Positions 1 through 10,260 of a DNA stretch of 54,088 nucleotides are shown one piece after another. The DNA is taken from the NCBI GenBank assembly GCA_003427395.1, contig BFEA01000034.1, positions 3,836,394-3,890,481 of the forward strand. The letters run 5' to 3'. The stretch's first letter is position 1. Each line of letters begins with the position of its first letter. Below the pieces are notes generated by a model, which saw only the letters and a list, made by a program, of their open reading frames with translations, was not told the DNA's origin and ran no database searches. A program made the position numbers and the translations under genes. This stretch comes from Chara braunii (lineage: Eukaryota; Plantae; Charophyceae).

Positions 1-33
<33 letters not shown>

Positions 34-100
34 TGTGTGCTCTTAGTCCCATTGCTCTGGCTACCTTAGTTGCGTTCCCCTCGCCCACGCGGTAGACAAT
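1..100 (+). repeat. (TC)n microsatellite followed by the right-hand part of a dispersed repeat family (also at 22946-23867 and 53095-54088)
   Basis: After (TC)n, CCATTGCTCTGGCTACCTTAG..CCCCTCGCCCACGCGGTAGACAAT matches CATTGCTTTGACTACCTTAG..CCCCACGCCCACGCGGTAGACAAT after the (TC)n at ~23815-23867. Confidence 0.8.
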
Positions 101-604
101 ATTTTTTTTCCCTCTTCGAGATTCGATTTCCAGTACTTGGCCCAGCTATCGATGCCGAGCCAGGATACCCCCTGCGCACCAAGTTTTGCCAAACCGCAGG
201 GGTGCCGTTTCGTTTTCCTTTCAATTGGCGCTTCTAGCCATTGTGGTCCGATACAACTAAGCCCACAGGTCATGACGTGTTAATGTGAAACGCCCGCGGC
301 AACGAAATGGGGGGGGCACCGGGGCTGGGCGGTTCCGCTATTCTTAGCGCTAACCTTTCGGCCGCTCTGAACCAGTGCTGGTCCAAGACGACTTCTTTCT
401 GAGTCGACCATGTCCCCTACCTTACCGCTAATCCCGCCATCTCCAACGGGGCATGGTGGAGCTTCTATACCCTCTCATCGACGGTAGCCTGGGACGTACG
501 CAGGTAGGGTAGAATGCAGACAACGACTTCAACGACACTAAGTGAAGATCCATTTCTGACGATTCTCTAAACGACTCCGATCAAAACGCTGGCAAATAAT
601 TAGG

Positions 605-3261
605 GTGATGTCATCACCTCAGCAGGGGAATAAGGTCATCCGCCTCCCTGCGCCTCCGACCACTTTTTGGACAATAGAAGCAGGGGCGCGACAAACTATT
701 GGCCAATGTTACGATGAGGGGGTAGTGAAACTGGCAACAAATCTAGGAGAGGTGGTAATCGATGAGCGGGGAAAGCGGTTCAAAGTAAACGAATCCTATG
801 ACGCCATCATAAAAAGATGGTTGGAAGAAAGGACCGTCATCGTTATCTTCCAAGACGAAGCCCGAGATTTGACGAATAGTGTGAAAGAAGATCTAAGCAA
901 AGCCTACGAAGATGGGTGGATGGCGAGGTGACTATTCAAGTTGAACCTGGAAATTTGGCGGGGAAGGATTACGTTTGAGAGTCGGAATGTTATGTCTTAT
1001 GTCGCAAAGACGATGGAAGTAATGACATGGTTGGTTCAGAAACGTACATTGACGCTCAATCTAAGGGGGACGGAATACCCGGTGCTAGTCAAGCCATGAA
1101 TGACGAAAGCAAAGTTGAAGGAACTAAGGCAGCAGGAGGTGGAAACCAACTTTTGGATAATTGCGTTGAGAATCCCCCTGGATGCAATGTGCTACCTACC
1201 ATCTGTCGTAGAAGGTCTGATAGGTGGGGTTAAGGCAATGCACTCCCCAGAAGCGAACCACTCGAAGCCGAAGTGGATGAACATTAAATGGATCCGCATA
1301 CACGCTTCAGGGTGGAAGATACATTGGTCATAGAATCCCTGAAAGGGGAGATGTGGACAGTGAAGATTGCCACCCCCTATTCGAACTGGAGTCGAAAGTG
1401 TCGTTGGTACTTCTATACAGAAGATAATTATCCACGTCAAGATGAAAGTGGTCAATTCATGGGCAAATTCAATACTACCTCGTCAACAACCTCAGGGGCA
1501 ACAGTAAGGTGCGGAGAGGAGACCACAACAGGCAGCACCAGGGATAAGCAGGCAAGCCCAACGACCATCCCAACCCCAAGGAGTAGCCCCCCAGTTGGAA
1601 GCCTCGCGTCCTATCTCAAGACCTGTTCCACAAAAGTCTCGAGATCGTCAAGTATCTGGCCGAGTCAACACTCACCATCGGGATCGCCACTGCTCGATCT
1701 ATACTCAGGGGGTCACTCAGGGCATGGCTCAAGGTTGCCACAACTCCGACCTAGCAATGTCTGGCATGCCTCAGAACGAACTCCCTCCGATCATCCCCCC
1801 CCCCCCTCCCCCCCTCGTGGGTAATTCCCTGATGGCACCCTGTTCCCACCCGTCTACGTGGTCAGGACACCCCGCCCCCCAGCCCATCCTTCCAACCGAT
1901 AGGTCTCCCCCATAATTATCACCTCGCTCCAGTTGTTTTGCCCCTGCAAAGGGGCTACAACACAGTCGATTACCCCGCTGCCGACCCTAATCCAATTGTC
2001 CGGTTCATTCCAATTAGAGCTCAAAGCGGGTATGCTAACAGCTGGGGCATCAAAGGAGATGTAACTCTCGTTCAAAATAGGAGGCGTTTGGGGGCCAGCC
2101 TGCTTCTGCCCTTGGGACAGGGTAAGAGATAGAGTGGGGGACTAAGTGAGCGATAATGGGGGGGATAGTACAGAGATAGAGTCAGGGACTAAGTGAGCGA
2201 CAATGGGGGGGATAGTACATACTCATCCAGGAACGACAATGGGGGAGGTACCTGGTCTCAAGCTAGGTCCATGTACAGCCAGGGGGTCCAGCGTTTTACA
2301 AACGCCGGACCCTCAGGAAAAACAATTTTGACGAGTTTTCGGCCAAAAAACTCGGTTTCAATTTCATTCAAAAAATAAAAGATGTTCATTTTGACGAAAT
2401 GGCAGTTCAAGGTAGCTAGTCGAGTAACCCGGGGGTGAGGATCAGTCTACCGGAAGGGGGAGCAATGGGGGGCTTCGAAGCGGAGTCGTCAGCAAGATCG
2501 TCATCGTTGGAATTAAGAGTGGTGATGAGCAGCGGTCTAATTGGGGATGATTCAACCCTACAAGGGGTGGGTTTTTTTAGAGTGGAGAGATCAGAGTCCT
2601 TTACGGGGAGCTCCAGAGGTCCCTTGAGGAGGAAGGAGACTGAGTAAGACATATCCAATAAAAGGGAGTATAGGAGAAGAGAGCAGGACAAACTCCCAAT
2701 TGAACGAAGAATCGTGCCTCTAGTCTGTGCAATGGCAGGGAACACAACATACTTTCTAGGGGTGGTGCAGGCAGATGGCATACCATACCTTCCCTCAGTC
2801 ACCACAGATAGGACACCGCTTCCTGGAAAAATCATCACGAGAACCAAATATCTGTTTCGAGATACATTTCCAATCAGAATCATTCCTAAATTAGTAATGG
2901 CGAGTTGCAGTGTGTCGTTAGATACCAAGCTGACAAAATTTTATTTTCCACTAATTGATGTTAGGATTGACCCCCCACTTTAGATGCTCTGACTCGGGGT
3001 GGAGTCAGCTGGTTCAATCTCGAAGCAGTAATAGAGCAAAATAGTCACGAACTCGAAGTCATAACTCTCTCTCAGGATGTGTCAACACTGTTAGTCCTAC
3101 ACTTGAACGAGATATTGTCGGAGGCAAAAAACTTTTATTTGAGATTCATGAGCGATAAGCTGAAAGAGGGATGGTGTTCTTCATCTCAGTCAGCAAGAGC
3201 AAGAGAGAGCTCAAAGGCTAGCCCGATCCCGCGCTCCCTATCACGGTGTCGGGACCTATAG
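605..3261 (+). pseudogene. Disrupted ORF1 (gag-like) of L1-clade LINE copy A
   Basis: Fragments (CYDEG..WLEERTVIVIFQDEAR, FWIIALRIPLDA, VKIATPYSNWSRKCRWYF, Pro/Gln-rich middle, RRIVPLVC..PIRIIP) align with ORF1 of the LINEs at 17113-19130 (+) and 14705-12050 (-); multiple stops and frameshifts. Confidence 0.85.
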
Positions 3262-3525
3262 TTCCCGAATCGAGTCCCAACCCCTGAGAGACGATATATG
3301 GCTAAAGTGTGTATGACAGAGGAATCCGGAATGAGGGAGCAAGAGAGACAAAAAGGATGAAGGGTTAAGGCAGGAATACCGACATCTAGGGCCTAGGAGG
3401 ATGCTCCAGGCCGCCGGAGCCATTGGGCCAGGAATAGACCTACAGAGTGGCGGGCGACAAAGTGTTGCTGAAAATTAGTAAAAGCGGCCCCCTTCTCAAA
3501 GAAGAAAGACCGCTGAGAAAATAAT

Positions 3526-3883
3526 ACCTTGAGGCCAAGAACCGCAGGTATAAGGAGGTTAACGATGTCAACGAAAATGATGTCGTAACACCGGCACATG
3601 GGGGCAGAGTATGTGGCCAAGGAGGCCATCTGAATATGGTATGAGAAGAGCCTAAGGGCCATGGACTAAGCAACGGGATGCAAAGAGAAGACTAGTAGGT
3701 GTCACCTTGAGGCCAAGAACCGCAGGTAGAAGGAGGTCAATGATGTCAAGGAAAATGATGTCGTAACACCGGCACATGGGGGCAGAGTATATGGCCAAGG
3801 AGGCCATCTTAATACGGTATGAGAAGAGCCTAAGGGCCATGGACCAAGCAACGGGATGCAAAGAGAAGACTAGAAGGTGTCAC
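3526..3883. repeat. 178-bp near-identical tandem duplication
   Basis: ACCTTGAGGCCAAGAACCGCAGGTA... starts at 3526 and again at 3704. Confidence 0.95.
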
Positions 3884-4369
3884 TCGAGCAAGTGTCGAGC
3901 CACGAACAACCTGAAAAACCAGTGGCCTTGAGGGTCATGATGAAAAGGGTTAGAAAAAAAGGAAGAGAGGCTTAATTTCGAGAGCTCTAGACCTTGAAAT
4001 TGAGAAGGGGCAATGCAATGGACCACAAGGGTCTTGAATGTGGAAGGCCCAAGTACGCTGAACCTGAAAAAGAATGCCCTAGTGTGATCCGAAGTAAAAC
4101 AGACAGCTCAGGTGAGAAGAAAAAAACCTAGAGAAAAAATGAGAGAGATACGAGAGTATGGGAATGGAAAAAGGACAAGCCGCCACATCATGGCCTACCT
4201 GGCCCTTCTCAAATAAGGGCCGAATACTATGAACAAGACTACATCAAGACCAGATGCAGTTGGGACAAAAACGAAAAAAACGGACAAAAACGGACAAAAA
4301 TGGGAAAAAATGGATAAAAACGGACACCTAGAGCAAAAAAAAAATCATGTTTTAGATACATTTTGTGAC

Positions 4370-6800
4370 CAAATTCATCCCAGGATGAAACGGTTACAAA
4401 ATGTCTGCATTTTTCTTGATTTCCAAAAACAAATTTAAGGACAATTAAGGAGGAGGTTGGTCAAGATACAACGGACGACAAAAAATAAAGCAAACACATG
4501 TTTCATGTACATCCGGAACCAATATGGAGTCCGAGTTTTTGGCAAGCATGGGGGTAAAGGAACTATGAAAAGCGTCACCATTGCACTCTGAGATGCAACG
4601 GACTACAACGGAGTGACAAGGCCATGAGAAAAGAGGTCTTGAAGATCGAAGGCACTAGAAAAAGGTACCCCAAGCATAAGGGTCAAATTGCGGTGATGGA
4701 CGACGACAACAAGATCAAGATCACGCGGCCACGAATAATCAGCGCACTTGGATGCGTTAAGAGGAAGAATTGAGACTGTCGGGGACTAGGGAGTCCCAAA
4801 TAAAATTCGAACGACGTGTGGAGTGATGTCGGGGACCTCGTGGGACCAAGGAAAAATAATCACGTTTTGGGACATGTGCCGACGGGACCACCGACGAGAT
4901 AAGTGTTGGGGACTAGTGCGGGACAGATGTCGGGGACTTGAGTTGTCCCACGAAGAACTGACAAGAATGAGGAATAAATATTCGAAGCAAGGTGCGCCCT
5001 TGAAATCAAGATTAAACGTTCGAGAATATTAGCACCACTAGTGTTAGTGCCAATATGAGCAAACGGGAGAGCCAGAGAGGAAAAATGGAGCAAAGAAATG
5101 AGGAGGACGGTGAGGACCGCAATCCGGGATATCTCGGATCAGCCACCCTAAAGAAAATGGGGCCTTGAGAGGCCCCGGGAGATAAATATGCCACCAAGAG
5201 AAAATCGGAGTAGGAAGGGTCATAATTTGGAGCAAACAGTGCCAAAACGGGACTCCCGTGAGTATGGGGGTGCCATAATTGCAGTCTGAGAATTAACGGA
5301 CTGCACCTTGGGCATGAACTAGGTCTGAATCGAGATATCGGGCCTGAAAAAAAACTCAACAACTAGTTGACACTTGACATGTCAAAAAAAAAAAGGAAAA
5401 AAAAAAAAAAAAGCAGGATAAAACGGAGTGAGTGATTTGGCCGTCAGTAGGGACATGCACAATTAGGGACTGACAAGTCCCTACTATTCGAATTTGGAGG
5501 GGGGGGAAAACGAAAAAAATGGAAAAAAAAACACTAACGGAGTGAGTGATTTGACCAGATTCATCCAAGGATGAATTGGTTACAAAATATCTTGATTTTC
5601 TTTAGATTTTACTAAAAAAATCATAGAAAATAAAGACCCCATGCAACCAAGATGCAACGGATTACAAGAGGAAAAAAATATATATATGTTTTATGTGCAC
5701 TCGGAGCCAATATTGAACTCAGATGCACATGTAAATGAGTCGTCTTATTTTGTTTCAATTTGGGGTAAGTTGTGGGGCAATGAGACCAGAAAAATAACCA
5801 CTATTGCAGTTCGAGAAATAACGGACTGCATGGAGGTGCCAAGACCAAGAGAAAATGAGCCTTAGCACACTCAAGACACTAGAAAGAAGTGTCTCAAGCT
5901 TTGAGCGAGTGAAAACGGTAAATGACAACCGTGAGGGAAAGATCTCGCGGCCGGGAATAATTAAGGCACTTGAGACACATGGAAAGAAAAAATTGGGACT
6001 GTTTGGGACTATGGAGTCCCAAAATAAAATGGGACATCAGCGGGAACAATGTCAAGGACCATATGAACCCAAATAAAAATAATTTAAAATTGGGACATAC
6101 ACCGACGAGGCATGCGTCGACGAAACTGCCGGTGAGAAAATAAAACTTATGTGGGATGATTGGCGAGGACTTGAGTGTCCCAAGAGAAGCTGTGAGCCCC
6201 ACATGGTGATGAACACACAAAGCAAGTGGCACCGTAAAGATCAAGATCTTGACGGTGAAAAATATTACCAACCGCACGTGCAAGCATTAAGTGAGGCTAA
6301 GAAATGAGGAGTTTAAAGGCAAACAGGGAGAAGAAATGACGATGGGAGACCTGCCCTGCAATCCGAGATTTCTCGAACTAGCAAGGCATGAAAAAATCGA
6401 GTGCCAAGAGGCTCTACGCAGAAAACAGGCTGTCAAGGAAAATCGGAGCAGTGGTAGTAAAAAATTGAGACTAACGGAGACAAAATAAAACCCCTTTGAG
6501 TGTAGGGGCTTCATTATTGTGATCCGAGAAATAACGGTCATCTGCTGGATCTAAATCTTTCTCTAGATCAAGATCCATGGCTTAGAAAAAAAGTCTACAA
6601 TTGCTTGACACTTGTCACAACAAAAAGAAAAGAAGACAAAAGAAAAAACTTGAAGAAAAAAAAGAGGGAGAATGAGACAAAGTGGGAGAACAGAGTGGAG
6701 GAGGATGTGTCGGGCAATTGGGACTGACACAGTGGGCAATTGGGACTGACACAGTGGGCAATTGGGACTGATATAGTGGGGACTGGCAATCGGATTTAGT
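4370..6800. repeat. Two diverged copies of a ~1.19-kb unit
   Basis: TTCATCC-NN-GGATGAA..GGTTACAAAAT at 4374 and 5560; GGGACT-N4-AGTCCC at 4782 and 6005; TTGACACTTG at ~5367 and ~6605. Confidence 0.75.
6711..6790. repeat. 22-bp minisatellite GGGCAATTGGGACTGACACAGT (~3.5 copies)
   Basis: Directly visible. Confidence 0.9.
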
Positions 6801-7301
6801 GGAGGGCAATCCGGAGTGAAGAGATAAGGCCCTTGGGGCATTATCTCGACAATATCTGAACTAAAAAGACAAAGTTGAAAAAAAAAACGAAAAGAAGTTG
6901 GGTTGTTTTTTTTCTAGTTACGGATTTGAGATCAAATCTCATAGAGGAGGGGATATGGCCGTTTTTTGTGAGACCAACTCAAATGGCGAACTCCAAAATG
7001 AGTTGGCAACCCAAAATGTAAAGAAACAAGAGAGGGAAAAAAACGAAACAGTACATTTGGCGAAAAATAAAGGACAGATGTACCAAAAATTGAAACATTG
7101 AGTCTTGGGGCTCAGATATGAAGCAAGGACGACTTGAGGGTAGCCCGGATTAATCCAGGTCTTGGATCTCAGCAAAATCCAAGACTGAGAATGCACCGAG
7201 GTGAAAGGGAATGCCTCGACCTACTCAAATTGAGGTAAGAACATAAAAAATTAAGAAAAAGACCCACAAGGCATTTTTTCTCTCAAGCAGGGCTGCCCTT
7301 T

Positions 7302-7398
7302 GAATATTTGGACCCAAGGGGCAACATCTGAAAGTGAAAATGAGGCATTCGAATATTCGGACCCAAGGGGCAACATCTGAAAGTGAAAATGAGGCATG
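7302..7398. repeat. 49-bp tandem duplication
   Basis: GAATATT(T/C)GGACCCAAGGGGCAACATCTGAAAGTGAAAATGAGGCAT twice. Confidence 0.95.
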
Positions 7399-8026
7399 AG
7401 GAGGCTCTAGAAGCAGGCCGAGCTCGTACTAGCCACTCGGACTGCATATACCTGCCCAAAAGGAGGCCCAAGTGCTCCCGAAGAGGCCTAGTGAAGGGAA
7501 AAAGTCTTCGGGGTACCTCGGTTCACCATGGGGCACATGGAGAGGCCCATGGGTTGGGTGAAGTGTTGTGTCCAGCCTATTTAAGTTGGGGGAGAAGACC
7601 GCCACACTCATATTTGTATGAGACAAGTACATGCTGCCTGTATGAGCTCAAGAGAGCTCTACACTCAATCGGAGTGAGAGGAGGGGAACCGCTATCAGTT
7701 TGGAAGCTTGGAGGAGGTTGTAGGTTAGTGGGAGAGGCTGTTGAGACTAGTGGAGGTTGTGTAAGCCTAGGGAAGTGATTCGCCATAGCCCCCAGGCTGT
7801 GAAGAAGAGAGGAAGGCTAGTAGGGGTCCCCTTAGCCCTCATAGAGGGAAGAATTTCATATTCGTAGTGATAGGAGTTTGACATAGTCAGGGAGAGACTG
7901 AGGAAGGAAGGAGGAAGGAGGCTTGAAGAAGTAGGAAGCCATAGTTGAGTAACAAGTGTACAAGGAGAGAGATAGTTTCACCAAGATTGACATCTTCATC
8001 CCAAAATATGAGAGAAGATGAGTGAC

Positions 8027-8057
<31 letters not shown>

Positions 8058-8209
8058 GCTCTTCTTTTTTTTTTTCCTCATCTTTTTCTTCCCCTCCATC
8101 CCCTTCTTCTTCTTTCTCCCCTTCTTCTTCTCCTAATTATTCTTCATCATTTTTCATCTCCTTCCTCTCTTGTCTCCTCATTTTTTCTTTTCTCCGAGAG
8201 ATGGTTAAC

Positions 8210-8853
8210 GGGGGACCAAATATTCGTCGTTTTCGTCGACAATTTCGGTGCGAAATTCGTCGAAATTTTCAAAAACAAACGATAGGGTCCATAGTGCAAA
8301 CATCAAAAAAAGAAACAAGCCAAAGAAAACGAAAAAAAAAAAAAAAAAAACACTATAAAACCCTAATACAAAAACACTGTTGGAGTTAAATTGAAGCATC
8401 CCACGAATTCAACGAAATCTTTTTCATTATTGATCCAAACCTACGTAGCACCGTGTTCCCATTCCGAGGCGAATGCGAACAAGAGTCCAAAACTCTCCGA
8501 ACGCGAACATGAATATAAAATAATAATACAAGCAACCTTTGTTTTGGAGTCATGTTCAAATTCGTAGCCAATCATGAGTTAAAAAAAAAAAACGAATATA
8601 TATATATATATATATATTACGAAAAAAAATTATGTTCGCCCGAACATGTTCGCGAGTTGTTCACGCGAACGTGAAGGGGCGCAAACACGTTCGCCGTGCT
8701 ACGCAGATCCAAACATGTTAAAACTGAGCATATGACGTACCCTAAAGCACATATATATCACACAGAAATTAAAAAAAAAAAAAAAGTAAAAAATTAACAC
8801 AATAGGACAGTTTCGGTGCAATTCGGTACAAAATTCGTTGAAAATAACACCCC
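8210..8853. mobile_element. Putative non-autonomous DNA transposon (MITE-like) with 8-bp TSD
   Basis: TGGTTAAC at 8202-8209 and 8854-8861; ends GGGG../..CCCC; repeated TTCGGT/AATTCGT and GAAC/GTTC motifs internally; TIR otherwise weak. Confidence 0.45.
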
Positions 8854-8871
8854 TGGTTAACCACATGTGCA

Positions 8872-9718
8872 ATTTTCTTTCTCCATTGTAAGTCGTTACT
8901 TTGTGTTTTGTGTTTTTTTAGCTTGAGAGTGAGTGTCTCTTCATCTTTTGCTCAAATTTGCAGTTAGGAGTAAATCGTTACTTTTGTCTTTGCTTGTTTT
9001 GTTGTTATAGTCATCATTTACTCATGCATTGTTCATTTTCTCTCTCCAGTGTAATTCGACACTTTGTGTTTTGTGTTTTCTAGCTTGAGTCCTTCATCTT
9101 TTGCTCAAATCTGCACTGAGGAGTAAATCGTCATTTTTGTCATTGTTTGTTTAAAATGTTGTAGTCATCACGTACTCATGCATTGTCAACTTTCTCTCTT
9201 CATTGTCAATCGACACTTTCTGTTTTATGTTTCCTAGTTTGAAACCCACCCTCCTTTCATCTTTTGCTCAAATCTTCACTTGGGAGAGAATCGTCACTTT
9301 TGTCCTTGCTTGTTTTAGTGTTATAGTCATCATCTACTCATGCATTGCCAATTTTCCCTCTTCATTGTAATTCGACACTTTGTGTTTTGTGTTTTCTAGC
9401 TTGTGGGTGAGTTTCACTCACTCTTCCTTCCTCTTTTGCTCAAATATGCATTTGGGAGTAAATCGTCACCCCTTGCTTGTTTTAATGTTGTAGTCATCAT
9501 TTACTCATGCATTGTCCATTTTATATTTTCATTGTTAATCGATACTTTGTATTTTTTGTTTTCTAGCTTTTCATCTTTTGCTCAAATATTCATTTGGGAG
9601 TGAATTGTCATTTTTGTCCTTGCTTGTTTTAATGTTCTAGCCATCATCTACTAATACATTATTCATTTTCCCTCTTCAGTGTAATTTGACACTTTGTATT
9701 TTGTGTTTTCTAGTTTGT
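8872..9718. repeat. AT-rich satellite, ~150-165-bp unit, ~5.5 copies
   Basis: TCATCTTTTGCTCAAAT, GGAGTAAATCGT, TAGTCATCA..TACTCATGCATTG and GACACTTTGT recur about every 160 bp. Confidence 0.9.
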
Positions 9719-9744
9719 GGCCGGATTTCACATACTCTCCCATT

Positions 9745-9897
9745 TACTATCTCGCTTTCTTTCTTTCTCTCACTCTTTGTCTCTTTCTCTCTCATTCATA
9801 TCAACAAACGGAACAAAACTCTCTCTCTCTCTCTCTCTGGTAGGGCCCTCCCCTCCCTCTCTCTCCATGTCTCCTTCTTTCTTTCTCTCACTCTTTG

Positions 9898-9968
<71 letters not shown>

Positions 9969-10196
9969 CAACAAATGGAACAAAAGTTTTTTTTTCTCTC
10001 TCTCTCNNNNNNNNNNNNNNNNNNNNNNNNNNNNNNNNNNNNNNNNNNNNNNNNNNNNNNNNNNNNNNNNNNNNNNNNNNNNNNNNNNNNNNNNNNNNNN
10101 NNNNNNNNNNNNNNNNNNNNNNNNNNNNNNNNNNNNNNNNNNNNNNNNNNNNNNNNNNNNNNNNNNNNNNNNNNNNNNNNNNNNNNNNNNNNNNNN

Positions 10197-10258
<62 letters not shown>
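9745..10258. repeat. (TC)n microsatellite region with assembly gap
   Basis: Directly visible; N-run 10007-10196. Confidence 0.95.

Positions 10259-10260
<2 letters not shown>

Larger units (their letters stand above)
101..8029 (+). mobile_element. Degenerate L1-clade LINE copy A: recognisable ORF1, heavily eroded ORF2 remnants, large internal insertion
   Basis: ORF1 as above. Weak ORF2-like remnants: RVKAGIP (~3362, cf. RLKAWIP), SHSD..RGLVKGKSLRG (~7430-7510, cf. SDH..RGKGLLRF), RDSF/RLTSSSQNMRE (~7970-8015, cf. KESFQRLLSS..MNEL). Boundaries approximate. Confidence 0.55.

Noticed and set aside
160-340. HDV-like ribozyme at LINE 5' ends (also 16795-16890)
   Set aside because: GC-rich hairpins exist (CCCCTGCG/CGCAGGGG), but I could not build the nested double pseudoknot or the conserved L3 and J4/2 residues.
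2280-8855. One large DNA transposon bounded by CAGGGG..CCCCTG
   Set aside because: No TSD, and 2280-3260 is continuous L1 ORF1 sequence.
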